Shown piece after piece: positions 38,381 through 48,900 of a stretch of DNA of 64,000 bases (within the stretch, counting starts at the first letter, position 1; every line of letters starts with the position of its first letter). The notes beneath the pieces are model-generated. The model saw only the letters and a list, made by a program, of their open reading frames with translations, did not search any database and had not been told where the DNA came from. Origin of the DNA: Verrucomicrobiales bacterium (lineage in GTDB: Bacteria; Verrucomicrobiota; Verrucomicrobiia; Verrucomicrobiales; V1-33); the NCBI GenBank assembly GCA_043757865.1, contig JAYVOP010000169.1, positions 628 through 64,627 on the forward strand, in the 5' to 3' direction. The position numbers and the translations under genes were made by a program.

Positions 38381-38788
38381 TCATTTCATCGCGTCGTTTG
38401 AGCGCTGGCTCATGCGTCGCACGATGCTGGTCATGATGGCGATGAGTTCACTGCTTTCTTGCTCTAGCGCACTGGTGAGTTCCGGTGCGAGGAAGCAATC
38501 TTCCCGTAGGAGTTCGAGGAGAAGTTGGGTGCTATCCGCCGATTGGAGGGCGGTGGAGAGTTCATCGATAAAGTCCTCGTCCGTGCGCGCCCGCGAGGCG
38601 ATGCGCACTTGCGCGGCCATGCTGGTGGCTGCCTCCAGGAGTTGCTGCCCGCACACTTGGATGTCCGCACGCTCTGCTGGCAGTTCCGCATAGAGACGGA
38701 TCACACCGCCTGCGAACCGCTTGGAGCGGGTGCGGAATTCTTCATTGAGGCGGCCAGGACGATCCATGGGGGTAATTTTATTTTGCAT
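38381..38788 (-). CDS. Four-helix-bundle protein (family formerly called 23S rRNA intervening-sequence protein)
   Basis: The pattern EEFRTRSKRFAGGVIRLYAELP...QLLEAATSMAAQVRIASRARTDEDFIDELSTALQSADSTQLLLELL is typical of this family. The track start at 38803 is TTG. ATG codons at 38788 and 38767 are alternatives. Confidence 0.7.
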   Translation of the reverse strand: MQNKITPMDRPGRLNEEFRTRSKRFAGGVIRLYAELPAERADIQVCGQQLLEAATSMAAQVRIASRARTDEDFIDELSTALQSADSTQLLLELLREDCFLAPELTSALEQESSELIAIMTSIVRRMSQRSNDAMK

Positions 38789-38820
38789 AACTAACCTAGG
38801 CAAGCATGAACAAGTGCTAG

Positions 38821-39402
38821 TTAATTAAGGAGCCAATAACTGATGTAACCGATAACTTCTCGGGGGAGGGAATAGAGGTCTCGGTAATTAAAATAATGCG
38901 CTGGGGCAGAGTAGATACTAGTGATGCCAGCCTGTTTTAGGGCTAGGCGGGAGCGAGGGACGTGGAAATATTGAGTCACCACCAAAACACTGTTCCAGCC
39001 GCGGGCTGTCAGTGTGGAGGCGATGTTTTGGGCGCTGGCTTGCGTAGTCCACCCTTGACTGTCGAGGATGATATTAGCGGCGGGTATTCTTTGGGAAAGG
39101 AGGTAGTCCTGCATGACGACTGCTTCGTCGAAGCCCTCTTTTCCCAGGCCGCCAGAGACCATAATGCGCGGAAACCATCCATCCCGATACAGTCCGACAG
39201 TGCGGTCCAGTCTGGCTTTGAGGCTTAATGAAGGTTTGCCAGTGGGCGTGACTTTGGCACCTAGAACCAGTGCGACATCCGCCTTCCCCAAGTGATCTTG
39301 GAGCCCCGCGATTCCAATGACTAAGCAGGCGAGGATGTAGGCAGTGGCGAGGCCTAGGAAGATGCGCCAAGAGCGAAAATATTGGGCAATAAACGGTTTC
39401 AA
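38821..39402 (-). CDS. DUF218 (SanA/YdcF-like) membrane-anchored protein
   Basis: An N-terminal TM segment is followed by ADVALVLGAKV...GKPSLSLKARLDRTVGLYRDGWFPRIMVSGG...DSQGWTTQASA. The start codon is TTG. Confidence 0.65.
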   Translation of the reverse strand: MKPFIAQYFRSWRIFLGLATAYILACLVIGIAGLQDHLGKADVALVLGAKVTPTGKPSLSLKARLDRTVGLYRDGWFPRIMVSGGLGKEGFDEAVVMQDYLLSQRIPAANIILDSQGWTTQASAQNIASTLTARGWNSVLVVTQYFHVPRSRLALKQAGITSIYSAPAHYFNYRDLYSLPREVIGYISYWLLN

Positions 39403-39503
39403 AATTGCAGGTAAAAGAACGGAAATTGAGGGGGCACAATTGGTCTGGATGCCGAATCCAACCGTGGCGCCAAGTTGAAAAATTTACCCAGCCGAATCGA
39501 TAT

Positions 39504-39650
39504 TTAAGCCCTGATGGGCCGTCGTCCGAGCACGATTTCATTGACCACCCGGGGCGAGACTCCGAGCCCCCTGGCAAGCGCGTTTTGCAACAAGCCGTGG
39601 AACTGGGGGGATTCTTCCAGAAGGATTTCACCAAGGATTATTGTTTTCAT
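39504..39650 (-). pseudogene. HigA-like HTH antitoxin gene cut short by an in-frame stop
   Basis: My translation reads [48 protein letters not shown], with the TAA at 39504-39506. The same frame continues ISIRLGKFFNLAPR..., which resembles the remaining HigA helix (A.RLakfFgtspefW). No higB-like partner is visible. The ATG overlaps the upstream TGA (ATGA). Confidence 0.55.
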
Positions 39651-40127
39651 AGGTTGGGTTTCCAGCCACCATACGGATGCTGAGCTAGATTTGAATTGAA
39701 GTAGCGAGGAAGATGGGAAACCTCCGCTCCGAGCCAGAATGGCTAGATAAATGGAGTGTGTTCGGTCTCCAATTCGATTTCCGCTAGATTTAGTCCGTGG
39801 TTGGCTCCGTGAAATTCATCGATTTCCCAAATATGGTTCTCGAGGTGGATTGTGTAACAAGTCTTTTCGATGCAAGGAGGAGGCAGCGGACGAGAATTTC
39901 TTCAGCGTGAGCGACAGGGATGGGGTATTCAAATTCTGGGCGGCTGATTCCAATGGTGCGACCCTTGATGGTGAGGCAGGCAGATGAGCCCCGAGTCGGA
40001 TACGGACGATTCGCTCTGGGTCACGAGAAAGATAGCCTTGCTTAATGACAGTGCCTGCGGGCTCAGCGACAAAGCAGCGCCAAGAGTCGTTGGCTAAGAG
40101 AAATTTACGTTCTATCTCGGCAGGCAT
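39647..40127 (-). pseudogene. CYTH-domain (CyaB/ThTPase-like) gene inactivated by two frameshifts and one in-frame stop
   Basis: Frame A reads MPAEIERKFLL...VIKQGYLSRDPERIVRIRLGAH. Frame B reads SACLTIKGRTIGISRPEFEYPIPVAHAEEIL. Frame C reads [66 protein letters not shown], with the TAG at 39743-39745. Joined together, the three frames give a complete CYTH domain. Confidence 0.75.
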
Positions 40128-40159
40128 GTAGTCGTGAGTCGGCCTCCGTTTGAACACCA

Positions 40160-40861
40160 TTAATATTTCCAATGATAGAAAGCGGATTTGATGACCTCGT
40201 TCTGAAAGGCGATGAGGCCTTCTTCGTGCGTCCACCAATCATCGGCGGTGTATTCGCGGGCGGGGATGCTGATGACGTGGGGATCTGCGGCGGGGCCTAG
40301 GTTGTGTTGGAAAATCCAACGCACACGGCGGGTGTAGAATAGCTCTGTGGGCAGCAAGAGCACTGCGGGAGCACTGGTGGCCGGCTGGTGGGAGAGCCAT
40401 TCTTTAACCGCGAGGGATTCCTCGTAGGTACTGGAAACTTTGGTACCAATGAGGGTAATGGCCTCCGCTGGGACGCCTTCGTGGATGAGGACATCTCGCA
40501 CGATGTCGCTGTCATTGCGGATCATCCCTAACTGCTCCGTGGGGCTGGCTTTGACGACGGGAATGAGGATAATGGGGGCGAGGCCGACATGGTAAAGTTT
40601 AGCGGCGGCAAAGGGTCGGGTATCTCGCCCGCCGCCGAGCACAACAATGGCGGTGGCAGGTGCTGGCGCGCTATCAATGATCCACCACGCAGCCGCTTGG
40701 CGGAGGAGCGGAGCGCGGCAGGCGTAAGCTAGCATTAACAGCAGGAGGGTGCCTAGCAGCCAGCGATGCCAACGACGTTGATTCCAGTTTGCTTTCAAAT
40801 GGGGCGGTGGCAGAGCCGGGTGGAGCGAGGCTGCGTCTGAGCGCTTCGTGACCAGGGACAT
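40160..40861 (-). CDS. DUF218 (YdcF/ElyC-like) protein
   Basis: An N-terminal TM segment is followed by ATAIVVLGGGRDTRPFAAAKLYHVGLAPIILI...SSTYEESLAVKEWL. Confidence 0.65.
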   Translation of the reverse strand: MSLVTKRSDAASLHPALPPPHLKANWNQRRWHRWLLGTLLLLMLAYACRAPLLRQAAAWWIIDSAPAPATAIVVLGGGRDTRPFAAAKLYHVGLAPIILIPVVKASPTEQLGMIRNDSDIVRDVLIHEGVPAEAITLIGTKVSSTYEESLAVKEWLSHQPATSAPAVLLLPTELFYTRRVRWIFQHNLGPAADPHVISIPAREYTADDWWTHEEGLIAFQNEVIKSAFYHWKY

Positions 40862-40991
40862 CTCCTGTTAAGCTCCCGCCCTTGGTCGTTGACGTGCAGT
40901 CAGACCAATCCTTCCGGGTAGAGCATAGGGTGTGGCCATGGGCACGTGGAGCTAACGTGAGGAGAATGGCAAGGTAGGAACCGCTCCTGTT

Positions 40992-42470
40992 TCAGCGTCC
41001 ACCGATTCTGCCGATCAGCACGTAGAAGGTTTTCAAGACGATGCTGCAATCAAGGATGATTGAGGAGTGCGCAAGATAAAAAAGGTCGAAGGAGAGCTTG
41101 TTTCGGGCGTCTTCCACGCCTTCTCCGTATGGGTAATTCACCTGTGCCCAGCCTGTGATGCCGGGCTTTACCAGATGGCGGAGATGGTAGCAGGGGAGGA
41201 TCTGTTCGTAGTGGGCCACGCAGACGGTCCACTCTGGACGTGGGCCCACGATGCTCATGTCTCCTTTGATGACGTTGATGAGCTGGGGGATCTCATCGAA
41301 GCGCACCTTGCGCAGGAAATGTCCTAACCGGGTGATGCGCGCGTCCCCTTTCACCGTAGTAGTGCCAGCCTGCTCGGCATTGAGCGTCATGGTGCGGAAT
41401 TTATAAATGGTAAATTCCTTCCCCCGCAGACCCACGCGCGATTGTTTGAAAATGGCGGCCCCGGGGCTGTCCAGACGGATGGCGATGGCCGTGAGGAGCA
41501 AAATCGGCACCGATAAAATGAGCGCCAAGGTGCCGAACACGACGTCGGAGAATCGCTTCAAGTGAGAAAACGCGGAGCTTTCCGCCAAGCGGAAATCCCG
41601 CTCGAAGAACCACTCGGGAGAATCGATTCCGGAGTCCAGAGTCTTCACCCGTTGGCTCCAAAATGCGGACCACGTGTAAACGGGCACGGTGGACGCGTGC
41701 AGCGCCACGAGAAAGGGACTGAGCTGATTCAGCTCCGCCGCTGCGCTGGGCGCAATGACTACGGTGTCTGGGCTGTGGGTCTCGGAAACTTGGTCTTGGT
41801 GCGGATTCCGCAGCAGGCTTTCGAGCCCTCCTGACACTGCGACGTCTGAGGGTATAGCCACCACGTGCAGATCACGATTGGTCAGCCGAAGAGATTTTTC
41901 TAACCGTTGCGCTTCCTCGTTAGTGCCGACTACAATGACGCGAAGTTCTGCCATCTCCCGCGCGCCCATGGCCCATGCCAAGCGGCGGACGGTGAGGCAA
42001 CCGATGGCACTGAGTAGCGGGGTGCTAAGCAGGAAAAAACGGCTCGTCTGTAAGTTCTGTCCATACGTGGCGAACAAGGCCGCCGCCCCCGCTCCTACCA
42101 GCGTGGCGAGCACGCTGGCGATCAAGAACTCTGAAGCAAAGCGCAGGCTCGCAAAGTCCGCATCCCGGTCATACGCCCCCACCAACCACTCCGCAAACAA
42201 CAGACACCCGAACGGGATGGCGACCACACTGTGATTCGGAAACTCCGTCCCATGTGCGAAGAAATTTAAAATCTGCAATGTCAGTCCGGAGGCCAGCGCG
42301 CACACTGCCACGTCTCCGAGAAACCACAGGAAACGCCACAGCGCAGTGGAGAGCCGCGCACGCGCGGGCTCGCCCACGGGATCGGCGGTTTGCCATTTAG
42401 TTAGGGCACTGCGGAAGGATTTCACAAGCAAAGGCTTTCCTATAAAGGGATCGCTGGCAATAGCTTTCAT
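40992..42470 (-). CDS. Polyprenyl-phosphate sugar-phosphate transferase (WbaP/exopolysaccharide initiating transferase family)
   Basis: The C-terminal bacterial sugar transferase domain reads KRFSDVVFGTLALILSVPILLL...DSPGAAIFKQSRVGLRGKEFTIYKFRTM...DEIPQLINVIKGDMSIVGPRPE. The N-terminal region has TM segments. The start is the ATG at 42470, since the track start is TTG. Confidence 0.85.
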   Translation of the reverse strand: MKAIASDPFIGKPLLVKSFRSALTKWQTADPVGEPARARLSTALWRFLWFLGDVAVCALASGLTLQILNFFAHGTEFPNHSVVAIPFGCLLFAEWLVGAYDRDADFASLRFASEFLIASVLATLVGAGAAALFATYGQNLQTSRFFLLSTPLLSAIGCLTVRRLAWAMGAREMAELRVIVVGTNEEAQRLEKSLRLTNRDLHVVAIPSDVAVSGGLESLLRNPHQDQVSETHSPDTVVIAPSAAAELNQLSPFLVALHASTVPVYTWSAFWSQRVKTLDSGIDSPEWFFERDFRLAESSAFSHLKRFSDVVFGTLALILSVPILLLTAIAIRLDSPGAAIFKQSRVGLRGKEFTIYKFRTMTLNAEQAGTTTVKGDARITRLGHFLRKVRFDEIPQLINVIKGDMSIVGPRPEWTVCVAHYEQILPCYHLRHLVKPGITGWAQVNYPYGEGVEDARNKLSFDLFYLAHSSIILDCSIVLKTFYVLIGRIGGR

Positions 42471-42956
42471 TGAGGATGGGGAGGGACAAGAGGAGAGGAA
42501 GGTCGATACGGACCCGTGTTTCTGACACAACGAGCTTGGCCTGGATAGATATTTTTTGGAAAATCATGGCCCTTCCACAGCCGCGCCTTTGCTCTGCAAG
42601 GCACCTAAACGTCACGGATCCGCCCATCGAAGCGGAGCCAACTCGGACCGCCTTCGAATCAAAAAAATTGCTGGTCCCCATGAACCCCGCCCATCTTTTC
42701 AGTGGGAGTCCTGCCCCAAAGCTCGGGCTCACGCATGAAATAGACCGCTGGCTATGGAGCTTCTTGTCCTACTGTTGGCGAGCAGGTCAACAGCCTGAAC
42801 CAGACTAGCCCGGGGCCAGGCTCTGGGCGCATCAGCTAAAAATTCCCTAGCCCCAACCGGGCGAGATAATTCCCGCTAGACTCGAAGTTGACGGAGACCA
42901 AAGCGCGGAAATAACGCGGATGGTGCAAGCGAGGGCCGCCAGCAACGGAACGCGCA

Positions 42957-45900
42957 TTACTGCGGCTTGATCGCCTCGCTGGCCTCGCTGGCCTCCTTGG
43001 CTTCGCGGGCGCGGCGTTTGCGTTCTTCTTCGTCGGGGTCCTCATCACGGTTGCTACCGCCGTAGCCAGTGATTTCAACAGTGACTAACGAGACGGGAAC
43101 TTCTGCTGTTGGCGCGGTAGTTTTGGGAGTGTCAGTCGTGCTCGGGCCGGGGGCGGGAGCGGGGGGCGGCGGCGGGGGCGCGGCAGCTATGCTAGGCGAA
43201 GATGGGGCGGCTACAGCGGGCGCTCCTGAGGCGGCTCCGCTAGCGGCTATATTTCCAGCATTGGCAATAACTGGCGCGGCTAAATTTAACGTGCCTGCGG
43301 AGCGGATGCCTGCATCGCCAGCGTCGATCTTTCCAGCCACAGCTATGAGATCCACGCTGCCGGGGGCCAGACCAGCCACGGTGTTCAATACACCGATGCC
43401 GCCACCAGTGGCCAAGCCTGCAAGGTCCACTTTCACATCGCCCGATTGCGGATCAATGATGACGCGCGTGGGCGGAGCACTGGCCACGGTCTTGCTAGAG
43501 GAACCAGCGGCAATATCGCCAGTGCTACTCCAGATGATTTCGTTGCCACCACGCAGCGTGAAAATCCGAGAGATGCCGAGGTCCACATTGCCATCGGTAA
43601 AGATCGAAATGTTACCACCGCTCTCTGTAATGATGCCCGGAGGTGCTAACGGCGTGCCGATGACGCTGGTGGCTAAGCTCAATTTCCCGCCAGGGGCGAA
43701 GATGGAAATGTCGCCCCCACTCTTCGTGCGGATGTCGCGGCTTTGGGTGTTAATATCGCCCACGTAAGTCCCCGTGCCAAACAGCGAGGCGATGGCCGCC
43801 AAGCCTGAGGTATAGGTTCCAGCGTTAAGACCTCCTGCTAAATTATGCTCCCGACCAGAGTCCCGCAGCAGCCGATAGAACACCTCCAGCGCGATGCGAT
43901 GCTGTTCCTCCCTCGGCAGCGCGGTGAAATTCCCACTCGTGAGACCGGGGAAACTAGCCGCTAGCTCCGTCTGATATTTTGAGAGATTAGCCGCCGTGAC
44001 ATAAGTGGTGATAAACGCCTCAAAGTTCAGCGAAGCACTCTCCAGTCCTAGCGCGCCCCCCACCCCAGCGCCCACGATCAGGCTACTACTAGCAAACGTC
44101 AGATTCGGATTCCGCGCATTGCCAATACTAGTGATACCCGTGCCCGTGCCGTCTTGCAGACTGGCTCCCGAGCCTAAATCAAGATTGCGCCCCGCCAACA
44201 CTTCCAGCGTGCCGGGACCATTGATTTGCAAATCACCTAACAACGGCTTCTCACCCGTGGCCAAGCTATTGCCCGCGCTCTGCGCAGTGATGCGCAGCGG
44301 AGCCGTAGCATCATAAGGCGTAATGTCGCGCCCAGCACTCACGAGCGACACATCACTCGCAGTGAGATTTTGCAGATAGAACGAAATGTCCCGGATGTCG
44401 TTACCCGCAATGACACGGGCGGATTTACCAGCGAACAAATTCAGCCCAGAAATATCGCCTGTGCCCGCATAGAGGTGGAGCGGCTGCGTGTCGCCTATGT
44501 GCAAGGGTCCAGGCGCATGGAGGTTCTGTTTATCCGAGAGTGCTTGATTGACCGAGCCGCTTTCAGCGAAATGTTGATTCACGAAATCCAGCAAATTGTT
44601 CGGTGTTTCGCGTGCTCGCGTGGCCACAGAAATATTGGTCAGCAGGCTTTGGAAGGCGAATGGCGTGCGCACGCCGGGGAGCGCGTCGGGGTTGGAATCG
44701 GAAAGATTGATGATGCTGGCAGACCAGACGTTGCCGTTCAGATCCGCATTGTAGCCCACGGCTTGCAGCCCATTGATCGCCCCGCTCGCCACCAAATCAA
44801 TCGTGCCCCTAGCCGCTGGAGCCAAGGTGAGACTTCCTTGCAAATTAATATTTCCCGCCATGGCGGTGGCCTTCAGCGTGCCCGGCATGATGCTGCTAGT
44901 CACGCCGAAGGGCGTCACGCTGGCCTCATCTAAGCGCAACCAAGGTTGGTAACGAGAAACGGAATTGTCCGTTAGTAAATTGATGTTTTGCAGCCACGTC
45001 TGCAAGATCGGTGTGGCCGTGGTGCTGCCCGCAGCCGCCACTGCGGTGCGCAGTGTGACATTGCCAGTTAAAGACGAAAGCGATACCGCCGTGCTAGCGT
45101 TGTAGGTATTAAAATACGTTTTATACCAATAAGTGTTACTATAACCCTGCGGCAGCCAGAACGGATTGGCCACGGGACCGAGCAGCAAATCTTTCCGTGC
45201 CCGGACATCGAAGCTGCCTTTGCCAACGAAGAGGGCCGTCGGCAACCACGTCTTGCTGTCCAGCGGAGCCGCATTGATGATGCTGCCCAGTGATGGCGTG
45301 CGTGTAGCATTGGTCTTGATTTCCCCACCTGCATTCAGCGTTCCCTGACCACGCTCCACGTAGTAAGCCCCACCATCAATGTTGGCCCCCGCATTCACCA
45401 TCACATTGCCACCACCCAGTTCCACCAGTGTGGATGCAGCGGCGGCACCCTTGGTCAGACGGGCGTTTGTGGGTGCCACGGCATCCACATTCCGCACGTC
45501 TCCGCCAGCAGTTAGGCTCACATTGCCACCACCTAACGCGCCCACGCCTTCAAAGAAATTGCTGTAGTCGATCCACCAACTAGTAGAGGCAATTTCGTTG
45601 TTTCTAGAGAGCGCGAAGTTCCCATTCGCATCCAACGCCCCACGGCGGTAGAGCCAGTTGAATGGTAATTCGCGACTGCTGTCGTCGATCAATGCGCCCG
45701 CTGTGTTCTTCGTTAGATGCCTAATGTCGCCTTGGGCAAAAATGTTCACGTTGCCGCCTGCCAGCGTATATTGCGCGGCGTATCCAGGCGATTGTTGGAC
45801 CGCGCCCAACGCACCTTGGGTGCCTGTGAGACTGAGCACGGGCACGGCAAACTGCCCGCCTAGCGTGGCGTCCGTGACCTTGGTGCCAGCGGTATAAATG

Positions 45901-48900
45901 GTGCTGAATTGGTTCAGCAACTGCACATCACGCGCAGCCGCTACGTTGATATTGCCACTGCCCGTGCGGATGACTTGATACAGTTTCCCACCCGTGCCGA
46001 TGCCAGTGGAAGTCACTGCCGTGGTCCCTGGCGAGGTGGAAAGATTCAACCCGCCATTTTTCCCTAACTGTAACAAGCCGCTCGTAGCACTCAGGCCGGA
46101 GGGCGCACGCACCTGATTCCCATTGGCCGCTGTGAAGTCCGCGCCAGCAGTTAGGGTGTAGCTGTAGCTCTGTTGATTGGCTCCCAGTAAAGGATTCTGA
46201 TCCAGCAGCAGGGAGGTGTAAGCCCCCGTCACAAAGCCATCGTTCAGTGAATTGAAGAACGTCAGATTGCCACCAGCCCGCAGCGTTAAATCACCCGGCA
46301 CGCTGAGCGGGCCGAATCGATTTCCTGCGAGATTCCAGTCCGCCGTGTTCGTAGAACTCGTAGTTCCCAAGATTAGATCGCCCGTGCGATTGATCACTTC
46401 TGCGCCCGGCTGAACCCGCAGCACGCTCTGTAGGGCTGCATTACTCAAGGTTAAACGCGCTAACATGGCATTGTAACCAGCAGAAGCCACGCCTGCATCG
46501 CCTACGAACATGATCCCATTATTCCGCACATTGTTCTGCACCGTCGTCGTGATCGTGCTGCCACTAGCATTGGTGAGGTCGAAGATTTTATACCCCTCCG
46601 CGATGATCGAAGACGCGCCCGTGATCGTGCCCTCAATCGAACTCAGTTCCAAGTCAGAGCTGCTAGCATTCTGCGGAGCACGCAAATGCAGCGTGCCAGT
46701 GAATTGTCCTTCCCCACTGGCGTCCGTCACGCCTAGCTTGATTTGTGAACCAGCACTCAGCGTCAGCAAGCCGCCAGCAGTCCCACGCGTGGCTAGGAAA
46801 ATATCGCCCCCTTTACCAGCGCTATTGAAGTGCAGACCAGAGGCATCCAGAACCGCAGTGGAACTAAGAATTAGTGACTTACTAGCATCCAGCGCGATGC
46901 TGCCACCTTGGTTACCAGCGGCATTGATCTGGCCCGTGATAGTCAGTTTCCCCGCATCCACCGCTAAGCGGAAATTCTGCGCATTACTCACTCCGCCCAG
47001 CGTGACATCACCCGTGCGGATACGGAAATTTCGCACTGCGGTAAAGCCTGTGCTATTCAGCGTGGCGTTGGTTCCATCCAAATCAGGAATGGTAGCCGCA
47101 TCTAGCGAGAACTCGCCTGCGCGGCCTCCCAGGCCGTTTTGACCCGCCATACTGCCGTCGAGCACGAACTGTCCTAACGGAGCACTGATACTCACGCCAC
47201 CAGCATTTCCCCCACCAGCAGCCGCCGCTACCCTGACCACACTGCCGCTGCCAATGGTCACATTTCCTATGTCCGCAGTCAGCTTCACTTGGCCACCATC
47301 ACTATACTTCGTGAGATCCTGGATTACGTGTCCAGTGCCTGCTAAATCAAGATTTCCAATGATATTCAAATTGCCGCTGGTGGCCCGCAACGTCAACAAT
47401 CCGCTCGGCAAAAGAATGTCGCTGCCTTGGGTAAGACTCGCACCGCTCAGCGTTAGGCTGGCACCGCGCCCACCCGTAATCGCTGCCGTGCCTCCACCAG
47501 CGGGCTTCTGCACGGTCAGCGCACCACCAGCGGACAGCACTTGGCTAGAGCCCGCCACCCCTGCGATTACAGGCGTGGTGAGGAAAAGATTGCCCTCCAC
47601 TTTCAGGCTCCCACTGCTTTCATTGATAATGCCTGCACTGGCCTGCAACTGCACGTTGGCATATTGATCGATGTTCAACGCGCCTTGCCCCACATGAATC
47701 GTACCGCCTTCCAGCACTAAGGTGCCGCTAGCTGCGGCAATGATGCCCGGGGCGCTGCGGCCAGGGCTGTTGTCCAAATAGATGTTCTGCCCCATCAACC
47801 TGGCCGTGCCGCCGCCCGTGTTGAAGCCCCGAATCTCCGCCGCGTGCAGCGCCAACTGATTCAGACTAGCAGTGCCGACTTGCCCCGTACCGTAGATGTC
47901 GATAGACGAATAACTCAAGAAATTCAGTGCAGACGCCGATTGTAAATTTGTCAATGCCGCGCCTGCTAAAACAAGGCCTGTGCTTGGTTGCAGCGCGCCC
48001 GCATGGTTCAGTATCAGACTAATTTGACCGCTATTTAAATTCACCGTTTGCCCCAGCAAACTCGCATTAGGACTCAGCGAGGTGGCCGATGTGGAGTCCA
48101 ACGTCACACTCCCTCCTGATAAGCTCACGCCAGCCCCCACGGTCATCATTGGCACCGTAGAAGCGGTTACACCCGTGCGCACCACTTGCGCGTTAGGATC
48201 GCTGCTCACGCGCACTAGCAACCCATCGCCATTGAGGGAAATTTTATCCGCCCCCCCGCTGGTGCCGCCATTCTGCGTGATCTGCGCGCTTGCCGCTAAG
48301 GTCAGTGCTTGATTGGCAACAAGCACAATGTCTGGTCCAGTCAGCGGCGTGCTGGCATTATCCAATGTTAGATGATTCGTTTTCACGATCACGCTGGTGC
48401 CGTTAGCGCCCATTTTGCGAACCCCACCGATCAACAAACTTGCCGCCCCAAAGCCATTCAACTGGCCAGCATCCAAGACCAAACTCCCCGGCACGGGTGC
48501 GCCACCGCTGGTGTTGATGAGAATGTCCACCGGGCTGGAAATGTCCACCAAGCCACCGCGTCCGCCAGAGGTCGTCGCTAGCACGCTGCCATTTACGGCC
48601 ATGGCCGTAGTGGCCGCTAGCACTAGTTGGCCGGCATCAATCGGCAAGCGCGGCACTGTGGCATCGCGCTTGGTCGCGCTTTCGGTGAACCACGCATTAG
48701 CGAAGTAGTCTTGATACTCCGAGCGTTGCCGCACCACACTAGCTGGTGCCACTTCCCAGCGACTGAAAATTTCCAGCACCTCGCGCGAGCCATTGAGACT
48801 GTTGAAACGATACCCAGACACGAGACTAGCACCATCCGACTTCAAGACCGTGCCCAGCGGAATGCCGGACTGCGGCGTGACGAGCACGGCTCCCGGCAGC

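Noticed and set aside
39074-39634. 186-aa minus-strand ORF spanning the DUF218 gene and the intergenic region
   Set aside because: It is out of frame with the well-supported DUF218 CDS (38821-39402). Its composition is Arg/Trp/Ser-rich. The region is better explained by the HigA-like pseudogene.
42471-42956. Hidden gene or terminator in the 486-bp gap between tpsA and the sugar transferase gene
   Set aside because: Only short overlapping ORFs with poor composition are present. The candidate hairpins have stems of 4-5 bp or less. No feature can be supported without computation.
42957-43400. Possibility that tpsA is a CdiA-type contact-dependent inhibition toxin
   Set aside because: I saw no VENN-like demarcation motif and no recognisable toxin domain. 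No small immunity ORF lies downstream, because the next 427 bp are non-coding and are followed by a sugar transferase gene.
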